A stretch of 64,000 bases of DNA. It comes from Escherichia phage vB_EcoM_NBG2. The position numbers were made by a program, and so were the translations under genes. Positions 1-9,548 of this stretch are shown in pieces (the stretch's first letter is position 1; every line of letters starts with the position of its first letter). The stretch is from the sequence record NC_054925.1, one strand, 5' to 3'. Under the pieces are notes generated by a model. The model worked only from the letters and a program-made list of their open reading frames with translations. It searched no databases and was not told where the DNA came from.

Positions 1-1
1 G

Positions 2-514
2 GTTTCACATATCCAAAAAGAATCAACTTATACAGCAACGTTCTGTGTTGCTTCAGCTCGTGCTGCTGCGATTCTTGCTGCATCAGGTTGGTTAAAACAT
101 AAACCAGAAGATGATAAATATCTTTCACAAAATGCCTACGGGTTCTTAGCTAATGGTTTACCGCTTTATTGCGATACTAACAGCCCATTAGATTATGTAA
201 TCGTTGGTGTAGTAGAAAATATCGGTGAAAAAGAAATTGTTGGATCAATTTTCTATGCTCCATATACAGAAGGTCTCGACTTAGATGACCCTGAACATGT
301 AGGTGCATTTAAAGTTGTTGTTGACCCAGAAAGTTTGCAGCCATCTATCGGTTTATTAGTTAGATATGCTTTATCAGCAAATCCTTACACTGTAGCAAAA
401 GATGAAAAAGAAGCAAGAGTAATTGATGGTGGAGATATGGATAAAATGGCGGGTCGTTCAGATTTGTCTGTTTTATTAGGTGTTAAGCTACCAAAAATTA
501 TCATTGATGAATAA
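2..514 (+). CDS. 24: capsid vertex protein gp24, 3' portion (5' end lies outside window)
   Basis: Open frame from window edge to TAA at 512-514, ending ...KLPKIIIDE; position immediately upstream of rnlB as in T4. Confidence 0.7.
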   Translation, partial: VSHIQKESTYTATFCVASARAAAILAASGWLKHKPEDDKYLSQNAYGFLANGLPLYCDTNSPLDYVIVGVVENIGEKEIVGSIFYAPYTEGLDLDDPEHVGAFKVVVDPESLQPSIGLLVRYALSANPYTVAKDEKEARVIDGGDMDKMAGRSDLSVLLGVKLPKIIIDE

Positions 515-518
515 AACA

Positions 519-543
519 AAGGGACCGAAAGGTCCCTTTTTAT
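519..543. terminator. bidirectional GC hairpin terminator between gene 24 and rnlB
   Basis: gggacc-gaaa-ggtccc stem-loop flanked by A/T runs on both strands. Confidence 0.6.
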
Positions 544-1548
544 TTAACTTACCAATTCAATCCAAGCCGGACGAAGTACATCTTGTACCATTTTAACTAA
601 TTCCTTTTTAATCAAAGAAGGATTATCCGCTTGAGTTAGAGTAATACCTTCACGAGAAGTTTCTTCCAAAATATCTTGAACAGTTAGTCCCATCACCTTT
701 CCAAAATCTTTTGGACCAATTTCGCCAATTTTAGAAATAACGTTATTTACTCGGTTTAGTGTAACGTAACAAGCTAAAATCCCCACCAATTTGTTATCAG
801 CTTCTGACAGTTCAACTTTAGCTTTAATAGGCTTATCAGACTTTTTCTTTTCACTAAATTTAGAGTTCTTGCATTTGATAGCTACGCGATTGCCATTAGG
901 CATCCAAGAAGGATAACAAGGTTTCAATACATATCCTTCAGCGGTAAATACTTCGCCTTTTACTTCAGCATTCCAAACGCATTTATTTGCATCAACTAAT
1001 CCAGCATGGTCTACCGTAAAATTATAATCCTGGACGACAGAATCTAAATCATTTGGCAATTTAATAAGTTCTTCAAATTTACCGCGACCTAAAAGTGGAG
1101 CCATTTTAAATTTAAATGTATTACAAAATGATTCCATCATATAATCATCGACATAAGTCACATCACCACTTTCTGTAGTGACAATAATGTCAAATACATA
1201 AAAATCTTTATCGCCATAATCGACATTCTTCTGAATGCCAGGTCCAGCGAATTCGCCAAAAACTTGATAAGATACAACCGCTGAAGTTTCCATAATATCT
1301 TGTACTGCTTTAATGGAATCAGAGTAATTCTTCAAAATAATTTCATACCCAAAGAAATCTTCAGCAGGAAGAATAGGACCAGTGCGTTTAGCGCAAGTTA
1401 CTTTATCACGCTCAATAATCAATGAGAAATTTGTGCCGTGAATCTTTTCACGAGCTACCCACTTCCCACCAGTCAATCCCAAGCTATAAAGTTTTTCAAT
1501 AAATTTAGAATTGTAATGATTTTCAAGACTGCTATACTTTTTAAACAT
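544..1548 (-). CDS. rnlB: RNA ligase 2
   Basis: 334 aa, [25 protein letters not shown]...KIHGTNFS nucleotidyltransferase motif; matches T4 Rnl2 as I recall it. Confidence 0.95.
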   Translation of the reverse strand: MFKKYSSLENHYNSKFIEKLYSLGLTGGKWVAREKIHGTNFSLIIERDKVTCAKRTGPILPAEDFFGYEIILKNYSDSIKAVQDIMETSAVVSYQVFGEFAGPGIQKNVDYGDKDFYVFDIIVTTESGDVTYVDDYMMESFCNTFKFKMAPLLGRGKFEELIKLPNDLDSVVQDYNFTVDHAGLVDANKCVWNAEVKGEVFTAEGYVLKPCYPSWMPNGNRVAIKCKNSKFSEKKKSDKPIKAKVELSEADNKLVGILACYVTLNRVNNVISKIGEIGPKDFGKVMGLTVQDILEETSREGITLTQADNPSLIKKELVKMVQDVLRPAWIELVS

Positions 1549-1557
1549 AATTAATCC

Positions 1558-1836
1558 TCAAAATGTAATTTCTAACCAATCACCATCACGCTGATCACTA
1601 TTGACTTTAAAGCTGAATCCTTCTTTTCTCAGCCAATCACCAATTTCTTCAGTAATCAATTTATCACGAGCAGTACAATAATAACTAAAATGTGTTTTAC
1701 CTTGTTCAGCTGCTTTATTAGCAAGTTCCGAAAAATCTTTAATAAAACACTCTAGCTTAAACTGTTTACTTTTGAATGCTTTTTCGCGTAATTGATTAGC
1801 AAAAGATTCATTTTCATAAAGATCATACTGTTCCAT
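1558..1836 (-). CDS. hypothetical protein (T4 24.2 position)
   Basis: 92-aa ORF co-oriented with rnlB. Confidence 0.55.
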   Translation of the reverse strand: MEQYDLYENESFANQLREKAFKSKQFKLECFIKDFSELANKAAEQGKTHFSYYCTARDKLITEEIGDWLRKEGFSFKVNSDQRDGDWLEITF

Positions 1837-2038
1837 TTTTCACCTTTTTATTGATATGTCTTTTTCTATAGACAACTTTTTCTCGAGTTTCAAATTTATT
1901 CTTAGCAGTCATAGCTCGAGCCCATAATACAGCCACCTCTTTTGCCTGTAAGTTCAATTCACGAGCAATTTCAATGAATGACTTTCCAGACTCATGGAGA
2001 GTAAACACCACAACCTCAGTTCTCATAATCAATCTCAT
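1823..2038 (-). CDS. hypothetical small protein, HTH-like segment (T4 24.3 position)
   Basis: 71-aa ORF; SGKSFIEIARELNLQAKEV resembles a helix-turn-helix. Confidence 0.5.
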   Translation of the reverse strand: MRLIMRTEVVVFTLHESGKSFIEIARELNLQAKEVAVLWARAMTAKNKFETREKVVYRKRHINKKVKNGTV

Positions 2039-2095
2039 GTTATCGAGTTGGTGCCATTATATACATCATTTTCTGATTGTGTTTTGCGTGCTTTC

Positions 2096-2121
2096 AAAAT
2101 GAAGAAAGGGGCCGAAGCCCC
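2096..2121 (-). terminator. rho-independent terminator downstream of hoc
   Basis: ggggccgaagcccc hairpin followed by U-rich tract on the minus-strand transcript. Confidence 0.6.
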
Positions 2122-2127
2122 TTATGA

Positions 2128-3546
2128 TTATGGATAGGTATAGATGATACCAGTTTCTAAAGCAGTTTTATGAATGATGTATCCATTACGCGATTCTTGG
2201 ACATCAACTTCTGGATAGTCTTTAATCATCTTCTGAAGAGTGTAACGATGCAGGTAGTATTTACTATCTGGGTCGTCAGTTTTCCAATCTTTACCTTCTT
2301 CGGTCATTTTTTGGATTTCATCCATAACCCACCAACCGCACCAGATATAAGCTGAAGTACGATGTGGAAGAGGATGAACATAAGGTAGTTCACCTTCTGG
2401 TTCCGGAGCAACTTTATCAGTCACTTGAACTTGACCTGTGGCTTTAACTGTTTTACTATCATAGTCAGTTGCTGTAACGACAGCAGTAACTTCAATAGTT
2501 TGACTTCCAATAGATGAGGTATCAACAGTATATACGTTAGTTGACCCTTCCACAGGAGAAGAATCTTTCTTCCATGAGTAAGTAATTTGTGCTGCTTCAG
2601 GTGCGCCATTAACATTAGCAGTAAATGTAGCCGAAGCATCTTGCTGAACATTAATAGAAGGAGGAGTCAATGTAACCTGTGGATTCATTGTCTTCTTATT
2701 AACTGTCAATGATACTTCATTGGAAGTAACTTCCTTTTCATTATAATTTTCTGCAGTTACTTGGGCTACGCATTTAATTCTTTTTACTCCACTTGTAGTT
2801 GGAGTATAGTTAAATGTAGAGTTAGTTTCTCCACCAACTTGTGAATCATCTACATACCACTGATACGTAGCAGACGCTCCGTCAGGTTGAGAAGCTAATG
2901 CAGCAGTAAATTGAACCGGGGTTCCAATTACTCCAGCAGCAGGACTAGCAGGAGTTACTGCCAAGGTAGTTGTCTGTGTCTTTTTATTAACTGTCAATGA
3001 TACTTCATTGGAAGTAACGCTCAGTGCATCATAATCTGTCGCAGTTACTTGAGCTACACACTTAATTTTTTTAACTCCGCTTGTAGTAGGAGTATAATTG
3101 AATGTAGCAGAAGTTGCTTCGCTCACAGGAGAACCGTCAACGTACCATTGATACGTAGCAGATGCGCCCGATGGCTGTGAAGCTAAGGCAGCAGTAAATT
3201 CAACGGCTGTTCCGATTACTCCTTCTGGAGGACTATTAGGAGTTACAGCTAAAGTAGTTGTCTGTGTTTTATTTTGAACTGTAATAGTTGTACTAATTTC
3301 AGCTGTTTCAGCTTCAGAATCAGGAATAGTATTTGTTGCAACTACCTTAATAGTCTTTTGACCAGCAGGTCCTTTTAATACATAATTAAAAGTTGCTTCA
3401 GCTCCATCTTGTGGAACATCATCTACAGTCCAAGCATATGTAATAGGTCCATCTCCAGTTTGACCACTGGGTGTAGCAGTAAACTGCTTAGTTTCATCAA
3501 TAACCCCTGTCGGTGTTTTAGGAGTTATATCAACTGTAAAAGCCAT
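2128..3546 (-). CDS. hoc: highly immunogenic outer capsid protein Hoc, with an extra Ig-like module
   Basis: 472 aa; tandem Ig-like repeats (QTTTLAVTP...YQWYVD...VSLTVNKKT twice); C-terminal capsid-binding tail ...LHRYTLQKM. Confidence 0.9.
   Translation of the reverse strand: MAFTVDITPKTPTGVIDETKQFTATPSGQTGDGPITYAWTVDDVPQDGAEATFNYVLKGPAGQKTIKVVATNTIPDSEAETAEISTTITVQNKTQTTTLAVTPNSPPEGVIGTAVEFTAALASQPSGASATYQWYVDGSPVSEATSATFNYTPTTSGVKKIKCVAQVTATDYDALSVTSNEVSLTVNKKTQTTTLAVTPASPAAGVIGTPVQFTAALASQPDGASATYQWYVDDSQVGGETNSTFNYTPTTSGVKRIKCVAQVTAENYNEKEVTSNEVSLTVNKKTMNPQVTLTPPSINVQQDASATFTANVNGAPEAAQITYSWKKDSSPVEGSTNVYTVDTSSIGSQTIEVTAVVTATDYDSKTVKATGQVQVTDKVAPEPEGELPYVHPLPHRTSAYIWCGWWVMDEIQKMTEEGKDWKTDDPDSKYYLHRYTLQKMIKDYPEVDVQESRNGYIIHKTALETGIIYTYP
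2692..3267. repeat. tandem ~288-bp duplication inside hoc (one Ig-like domain per unit)
   Basis: ttattaactgtcaatgatacttcattggaagtaac recurs at ~2697 and ~2985; encoded 96-aa segments are near-identical. Confidence 0.75.
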
Positions 3547-3555
3547 AAGTTATCC

Positions 3556-4236
3556 TTATTTTAATGTTACGAAAGAAGAATTGCGTGTTTCACGAATTAA
3601 AACCGATCCATCGCGATTAATGTAATAAATTAAGCTAAATAAAGTTTGGTGTGCTGACGCATGCTCAAAACTTGTTGGGTGAGATTTCCAATCTGGAGTT
3701 TCAGCAATCCATTGATAAATCCACCAAGGAACAGTGCAGAATCCTGGATTTTTTCCAATCAGCTGAAGATTTGGGCTAAAGTTTTCTGGAAGAGTAAATA
3801 CAGACGGCTTTTCAGATTCAATAATCTCAGCTACAGCCTGTTCGAATTTTTCTTCAACAAAAGGAGTATCTTCAATTAAAACAGTGGTATTTTCAGGAAT
3901 TTTATCCGTTTCTACTACTTCAATTTTAATGTCAGATTTAACCGGAGAATCAATCAGAAGTGCTGCCTCTGGATTGACTTCTTCATCGTCATATTTTAAT
4001 CCGTCTGCGGCATCAGCAGCATCAATTAAGTCTTTAATAGATAACCCATCAGTCTCTGGCATAGGTTCACTAGCGAGCTTCTGGAGAGCTTCTTCAATAT
4101 CATTAACGATATTATCAAAAGATTTATTCTTTTTGACCTTTATACCAAACTGTTCAGCATATTCAGCTAATTTAGCTTTAGCTTCTTTATTATCATCAAG
4201 AGCCTTCAGCTCTGCAATATAATCTTTATCTATCAT
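3556..4236 (-). CDS. inh: inhibitor of prohead protease Inh (hoc.1)
   Basis: 226-aa ORF directly upstream of hoc, as in T4. Confidence 0.7.
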   Translation of the reverse strand: MIDKDYIAELKALDDNKEAKAKLAEYAEQFGIKVKKNKSFDNIVNDIEEALQKLASEPMPETDGLSIKDLIDAADAADGLKYDDEEVNPEAALLIDSPVKSDIKIEVVETDKIPENTTVLIEDTPFVEEKFEQAVAEIIESEKPSVFTLPENFSPNLQLIGKNPGFCTVPWWIYQWIAETPDWKSHPTSFEHASAHQTLFSLIYYINRDGSVLIRETRNSSFVTLK

Positions 4237-4245
4237 AATATTTCC

Positions 4246-4253
4246 TCAGTATA
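4246..4253 (+). promoter_or_regulatory. late promoter core TATAAATA upstream of seg ORF
   Basis: Exact TATAAATA about 33 nt upstream of the ATG at 4286. Confidence 0.4.
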
Positions 4254-4285
4254 AATATAGATATATTTATTACTCGGAAAATAGT

Positions 4286-4903
4286 ATGTACCACTTTGTA
4301 TATGAAACAACAAATCTAATAAATGGTAAAAAGTATATAGGAAAGCACTCTACTGATGACTTGAATGATGGTTACCTTGGTTCCGGTAAGGCAATTCAGC
4401 AGGCTATAAAGAAATATGGTGAAAACAATTTCTCTAGAACAATACTAAAAGAGTTTAAAACTTCCGAAGAAGCGTACATGTATGAAGAAGAAATTATAAC
4501 TCCTGAACTAATAAAAAGCAAAAATTATTATAATATGAAACCTGGTGGAATTGGTGGAATTGTTATGACTACAGATGTTATAGCAAAGATGAAAGAATCT
4601 TCCGCTAAAAGATTTGAAAACTCACCGGGCACGGTATTAGGTAAAACTTGTTATACTAATGGAACTAAAAATATTTTTATTAAACCTGGAGAACTTGTTC
4701 CAGAAGGATTTGTAAAAGGGATGGTTCATCCTAATAGAAAGTCCAGAAAAGGATGTAAAGTCAAACCGACTACCACAGGAACTTTTTGGGTCAATAATGG
4801 CACAATAAATAAATTAATACAACCAGACGGTATTATTCCCGACGGATTTATTAAAGGTCGTCTCATGAAAAGAGATTCTAAAGGCAAATTTAGTAAGGCA
4901 TAA
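4286..4903 (+). CDS. segE: GIY-YIG homing endonuclease (Seg family; T4 segE position between inh and uvsW)
   Basis: 205 aa; N-terminal GIY-YIG module (HFVYETTNLINGKKYIGKHS...GYLGSG); opposite strand to hoc/inh. Confidence 0.6.
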   Translation: MYHFVYETTNLINGKKYIGKHSTDDLNDGYLGSGKAIQQAIKKYGENNFSRTILKEFKTSEEAYMYEEEIITPELIKSKNYYNMKPGGIGGIVMTTDVIAKMKESSAKRFENSPGTVLGKTCYTNGTKNIFIKPGELVPEGFVKGMVHPNRKSRKGCKVKPTTTGTFWVNNGTINKLIQPDGIIPDGFIKGRLMKRDSKGKFSKA

Positions 4904-4905
4904 TT

Positions 4906-6414
4906 ATGGATATTAAAGTACATTTTCACGACTTCAGTCATGTACGCATCGATTGTGAAGAGAGCACGTTCCACGAATTAAGAGATTTCTTTTCGTTTGA
5001 GGCCGATGGATATAGATTTAATCCTCGCTTCAGATATGGCAACTGGGATGGACGAATCCGTCTTTTAGATTATAATCGCCTTCTTCCATTCGGTTTAGTC
5101 GGGCAAATTAAAAAGTTCTGTGATAACTTTGGCTATAAAGCCTGGATTGACCCGCAAATTAACGAAAAAGAAGAATTATCAAGAAAAGATTTTGATGAAT
5201 GGCTTTCTAAATTAGAAATCTATTCAGGAAATAAAAGAATTGAACCACACTGGTATCAAAAAGATGCAGTGTTCGAAGGATTAGTTAATCGTCGTAGAAT
5301 TCTTAATCTTCCAACATCCGCTGGTAAATCGTTAATTCAAGCTTTGCTTGCGCGATATTATTTGGAAAATTATGAAGGTAAAATTCTTATCATTGTTCCA
5401 ACAACTGCTCTGACAACTCAGATGGCTGATGACTTCGTCGACTATCGTTTATTCAGTCATGCAATGATAAAGAAAATTGGCGGCGGAGCATCAAAAGATG
5501 ATAAATATAAAAATGATGCACCAGTCGTTGTTGGTACATGGCAAACTGTAGTTAAACAACCGAAAGAATGGTTCTCACAGTTTGGAATGATGATGAATGA
5601 TGAATGCCATCTTGCTACAGGAAAAAGTATTTCATCTATCATATCAGGTTTAAATAACTGCATGTTCAAATTCGGTTTGTCTGGTTCATTACGTGATGGC
5701 AAAGCCAATATCATGCAGTATGTTGGAATGTTTGGTGAAATATTTAAGCCAGTAACGACTTCTAAATTAATGGAAGATGGACAAGTAACTGAGCTAAAAA
5801 TTAATAGTATTTTTCTTCGCTATCCCGATGAGTTCACTACTAAATTAAAGGGAAAAACTTATCAAGAAGAAATAAAAATTATTACTGGGCTTAGTAAAAG
5901 AAATAAATGGATCGCTAAATTAGCTATTAAGCTTGCGCAAAAAGATGAAAACGCTTTTGTCATGTTTAAACATGTATCGCATGGTAAAGCTATTTTCGAT
6001 TTAATTAAAAATGAATACGATAAAGTTTATTACGTATCAGGGGAAGTTGATACCGAAACCCGCAATATAATGAAAACCTTAGCTGAAAATGGTAAAGGAA
6101 TAATTATAGTAGCTAGTTATGGTGTATTTTCTACTGGTATTTCAGTTAAAAATCTGCATCACGTTGTTTTAGCGCACGGTGTTAAATCAAAAATCATTGT
6201 ATTACAAACAATCGGTCGTGTATTACGTAAGCATGGTTCTAAGACAATAGCAACCGTCTGGGACCTCATAGATGATTGTGGCGTTAAGCCAAAATCTGCT
6301 AATACGAAAAAGAAATACGTTCATTTGAACTATCTTTTAAAACACGGCATTGATCGTATTCAGCGCTACGCAGATGAAAAATTTAATTACGTAATGAAAA
6401 CAGTTAATTTATAA
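4906..6414 (+). CDS. uvsW: UvsW RNA-DNA/DNA helicase
   Basis: 502 aa; SF2 helicase motifs (LPTSAGKS Walker A, MMMNDECH DExH-like). Confidence 0.93.
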   Translation: MDIKVHFHDFSHVRIDCEESTFHELRDFFSFEADGYRFNPRFRYGNWDGRIRLLDYNRLLPFGLVGQIKKFCDNFGYKAWIDPQINEKEELSRKDFDEWLSKLEIYSGNKRIEPHWYQKDAVFEGLVNRRRILNLPTSAGKSLIQALLARYYLENYEGKILIIVPTTALTTQMADDFVDYRLFSHAMIKKIGGGASKDDKYKNDAPVVVGTWQTVVKQPKEWFSQFGMMMNDECHLATGKSISSIISGLNNCMFKFGLSGSLRDGKANIMQYVGMFGEIFKPVTTSKLMEDGQVTELKINSIFLRYPDEFTTKLKGKTYQEEIKIITGLSKRNKWIAKLAIKLAQKDENAFVMFKHVSHGKAIFDLIKNEYDKVYYVSGEVDTETRNIMKTLAENGKGIIIVASYGVFSTGISVKNLHHVVLAHGVKSKIIVLQTIGRVLRKHGSKTIATVWDLIDDCGVKPKSANTKKKYVHLNYLLKHGIDRIQRYADEKFNYVMKTVNL

Positions 6415-6427
6415 GGGCTTCGGCCCT

Positions 6428-6670
6428 TTGGAGAAAAAGATGTTACTAGAATTTAAACAATTTCTTTATGAAGCTTCTATTGATGAATTTATGGGTAAAA
6501 TTGCCTCTTGTCAAACATTAGAAGGTTTAGAAGAACTTGAAGCGTATTATAAGAAAAGAGTTAAAGAAACTGAATTAAAAGATACTGATGACATCTCTGT
6601 GAGAGATGCTTTGGCAGGAAAAAGAGCTGAATTAGAAGATTCAGACGATGAAGTAGAAGAAAGCTTTTAA
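6428..6670 (+). CDS. uvsW.1: UvsW.1 small acidic protein
   Basis: 80-aa ORF immediately after uvsW, separated by a gggcttcggccc hairpin. Confidence 0.65.
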   Translation: MEKKMLLEFKQFLYEASIDEFMGKIASCQTLEGLEELEAYYKKRVKETELKDTDDISVRDALAGKRAELEDSDDEVEESF

Positions 6671-6725
6671 ATTAAAAAAGGCCCAACCAAAAAGGAAGGG
6701 CCAAAACTATAGACTAAAGGTCACA

Positions 6726-6893
6726 CTATAGCAAAAGTTGTGTTTCATTTAATTGTTCTTCCGAACTTTCTGAAACTGGTAGTTCTTTGATGTAATTATA
6801 GCAAGGCCCAGGATGTACAGGACCTTTGTCTGTTTCAACAACCAATGCAGAATCGATTGGAGTTTTACAGACAACACAAATCTTATCTGACAT
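6726..6893 (-). CDS. hypothetical small Cys/His protein (T4 uvsY.-2 position)
   Basis: Hand-derived 55-aa ORF MSDKICVVCK...HPGPCYNY; below the ORF-track length cutoff. Confidence 0.45.
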   Translation of the reverse strand: MSDKICVVCKTPIDSALVVETDKGPVHPGPCYNYIKELPVSESSEEQLNETQLLL

Positions 6894-7016
6894 GATTGTC
6901 TCCTCTAAATTATATATCTATTTATAACGCCATCTTAAAACGCATTTCTTGTACACGCTTTAAACATGCTTCCATTTCTGCTAAAAGTCTAAATACTTCT
7001 TTATAATTTGTCATAT

Positions 7017-7244
7017 TTACCCCATATCTCTCATATGCATATCAATGCCCATATCTTTAGAATAAAAATATTCATCAAGATATCCGGCAAATTTTCCTTT
7101 AATATAAAGTACATCTTCACCACACGGGTGGTCGGCCAGGATACGAATATCCTGACGCTTAAGATTATGCTTTTTCATTAAGAATTGAATTTCCGTTTCA
7201 AATTCTTCTTCATAATTAAAAGCATCATCAATGCTATATTTCAT
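7017..7244 (-). CDS. hypothetical protein (T4 uvsY.-1 position)
   Basis: 75-aa ORF immediately downstream of uvsY. Confidence 0.55.
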   Translation of the reverse strand: MKYSIDDAFNYEEEFETEIQFLMKKHNLKRQDIRILADHPCGEDVLYIKGKFAGYLDEYFYSKDMGIDMHMRDMG

Positions 7245-7657
7245 TATTTTCCAGCCTCAAATGCTCGCATGTCTTGAATATGCTTAATAGCAAATCCACG
7301 TGATTTAATAGCATCAAGAGCTCCGCTACAGAAATCTAATAAAATTCCCCAATATTGTAATGAAGTATCAACTTTTAAAACGTCCTTATCAGCTGATAGA
7401 ACTGTCTTCATTTCTGATTTTTCATAACGATCCATACTAAATTCATCACCATCTCCTCGTCCCGAGTAGTAGTCTAATTTAGCTTTAAGAGCAACTTTTT
7501 TCTGTGCTTCAATTCTAAGCATTTCCTTTTTAATACTTGAATGCTTATTAAGCCATTTACTGTATAACATCACATTATTAGCTGCTTCATACTGTAATTT
7601 AGTCGAATCTATAAACACATCTTTCTTCAATTCTTCTTGAAGATCTTCTAATTTCAT
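7244..7657 (-). CDS. uvsY: recombination mediator UvsY
   Basis: 137 aa, MKLEDLQEELKKDVFIDSTKLQYEAANN...; matches T4 UvsY length. Confidence 0.93.
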   Translation of the reverse strand: MKLEDLQEELKKDVFIDSTKLQYEAANNVMLYSKWLNKHSSIKKEMLRIEAQKKVALKAKLDYYSGRGDGDEFSMDRYEKSEMKTVLSADKDVLKVDTSLQYWGILLDFCSGALDAIKSRGFAIKHIQDMRAFEAGK

Positions 7658-7689
7658 ATTGTTCTCTATTCAATTGTTATTGGATGGAC

Positions 7690-7726
7690 TTAGATTCATT
7701 ATACCACGTTTATACGTGAAGCATTA
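7690..7726 (-). promoter_or_regulatory. T4 middle promoter (MotA box plus -10) for uvsY
   Basis: Minus strand reads TGCTTCA-N13-TATAAT: MotA box about 30 nt upstream of the TATAAT -10. Confidence 0.55.
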
Positions 7727-8122
7727 TACTCTATTACTGGAAGCCAGTTGCAGTTTTATCTGCTCAATATCATCAGGGTTATCAATGACCGAAAAGCGTA
7801 TTTCTACTATCAAAGTATAATCATCATAAACTGGTATTACATTAACTGCTAATTTATCAATACGTGGCTCGTAGTTTCTTACTGCGCTTTCGATGTTACG
7901 CTCAACTGTATCAGCAGTAAGAGGAGTCATATTCTCAAAAAGCTGATCAGATAAATCGCATCCAAATTCTGGGTCAAACGGTCTCGACCCTTTCCTGGTT
8001 GTAATAATTCCCAAAAGGCTATTTTTAATTGACCTTAATCCAAGAGATCTAGAAACATCTTTGTCCCAATCCATTTTCATTTCTGGGTCAATGTCAGAAT
8101 AAAGCTTATTAATATTTGCCAT
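7724..8122 (-). CDS. 25: baseplate wedge protein gp25
   Basis: 132 aa, [23 protein letters not shown]... Confidence 0.93.
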   Translation of the reverse strand: MANINKLYSDIDPEMKMDWDKDVSRSLGLRSIKNSLLGIITTRKGSRPFDPEFGCDLSDQLFENMTPLTADTVERNIESAVRNYEPRIDKLAVNVIPVYDDYTLIVEIRFSVIDNPDDIEQIKLQLASSNRV

Positions 8123-8748
8123 TACAATAGCTCAAAGAATTCTTTGAGTCCTCTTATTACATGAGCGTGAGTTTTTCCACACTCTGGACACTTAATTGGA
8201 ACAGCCAAATAAACAGTAGGCTTTAAAAGTATATCTTTTATAGCTACAATATCTGACTCTGTGATGATAGAATATAAATCTTCCAACTCTTTTTCATTTA
8301 AGTCTTCAATTGGAATGCTTTCACCGTTAGCATGAATCGTTTCTATACATGATACTATCATGTGGGCTATATTTTTATCATCAAAAATTTTAGGGTAATG
8401 GAACTTAATTTTAATGTCACCCAGTGTATACCAGAGGTCTTCTGGTGCATCTATTTGTGTATGTAATAGATTTATATGGGTTGGTATTTCAGTTCCACAG
8501 GTGCACTTCCAGGAGTTTTCGTGATTAACTTCCCCAAGAGAATGTGCCCATAAATGAATCAACAAGAGTTCTGATTCTTGGCGGTTTAAATCTTTTGCGT
8601 TTGTACAGTCTTTAATTAGCTTTTTAACGATCTCTTCTACTGAACCGTTCTTTTTAGCAGTAATAAGTTCTAGATATTCTTTAAGAGTAAATGCGCGACA
8701 GTTGATTATTTTAGAACCAACTGTCACGTCAAATTTGTATTCATACAT
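8122..8748 (-). CDS. 26: baseplate hub protein gp26
   Basis: 208 aa; position and length as T4 gp26. Confidence 0.85.
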   Translation of the reverse strand: MYEYKFDVTVGSKIINCRAFTLKEYLELITAKKNGSVEEIVKKLIKDCTNAKDLNRQESELLLIHLWAHSLGEVNHENSWKCTCGTEIPTHINLLHTQIDAPEDLWYTLGDIKIKFHYPKIFDDKNIAHMIVSCIETIHANGESIPIEDLNEKELEDLYSIITESDIVAIKDILLKPTVYLAVPIKCPECGKTHAHVIRGLKEFFELL

Positions 8749-8769
8749 ATTTAGCTCCTTTATTTATCA

Positions 8770-8781
8770 TATTTATAAATA
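8770..8781. promoter_or_regulatory. back-to-back late promoters for divergent genes 26 and 51
   Basis: tatttataaata: TATAAATA reads on both strands between the divergent start codons. Confidence 0.55.
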
Positions 8782-8798
8782 GAATAAAAGGAGCATCT

Positions 8799-9548
8799 AT
8801 GGCAAACATTATTCGTTGTAAATTACCAGATGGTGTTCATCGTTTTAAACCATTTACGGTAGAAGATTATCGAGATTTTTTGTTAGTTCGAAACGATATA
8901 GAACATCGGTCACCACAAGAACAAAAAGAAATAATTGCTGATTTAATTGCCGATTATTTTGGAGACTATCCGAAGACTTGGCAACCATTTATATTTTTGC
9001 AGGTATTTGTAGGGTCAATAGGTAAAACTAAAGTACCGGTCACATTTGTATGTCCAAAATGTAAAAAAGAAAAGACAGTTCCATTTGAAATATATCAAAA
9101 AGAATTAAAGGAACCTGTTTTTGATGTAGCTAATGTTAAAATTAAATTAAAGTTTCCTTCTGAGTTTTATGAAAATAAAGCAAAGATGATTACTGAAAAT
9201 ATTCATTCTGTTCAAGTAGATGAAACATGGTATGATTGGAAGGAAATTAGTGAATCGAGTCAAATAGAACTTGTTGATGCAATCGAGATAGAAACATTAG
9301 AAAAAATTCTCGATGCAATGAATCCTATTAATTTAACATTGCATATGTCGTGTTGTAATAAGTATGTAAAAAAATACACTGATATAGTAGATGTGTTTAA
9401 GCTATTAGTTAACCCAGATGAGATATTTACTTTTTATCAAATTAATCACACACTCGTAAAAAGTAATTATAGCTTAAATTCAATAATGAAAATGATTCCT
9501 GCCGAGCGCGGATTCGTATTAAAACTGATTGAGAAGGATAAACAATAA
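8799..9548 (+). CDS. 51: baseplate hub assembly protein gp51
   Basis: 249 aa; T4 order 26-51-27. Confidence 0.85.
   Translation: MANIIRCKLPDGVHRFKPFTVEDYRDFLLVRNDIEHRSPQEQKEIIADLIADYFGDYPKTWQPFIFLQVFVGSIGKTKVPVTFVCPKCKKEKTVPFEIYQKELKEPVFDVANVKIKLKFPSEFYENKAKMITENIHSVQVDETWYDWKEISESSQIELVDAIEIETLEKILDAMNPINLTLHMSCCNKYVKKYTDIVDVFKLLVNPDEIFTFYQINHTLVKSNYSLNSIMKMIPAERGFVLKLIEKDKQ

Noticed and set aside
2170-4222. Plus-strand ORFs of 61-112 aa antisense to hoc and inh (2170-2355, 3661-3879, 3884-4222) and minus-strand 2421-2651
   Set aside because: Fully embedded in well-supported genes on the other strand or in another frame, with low-complexity Ser/Leu-rich translations.
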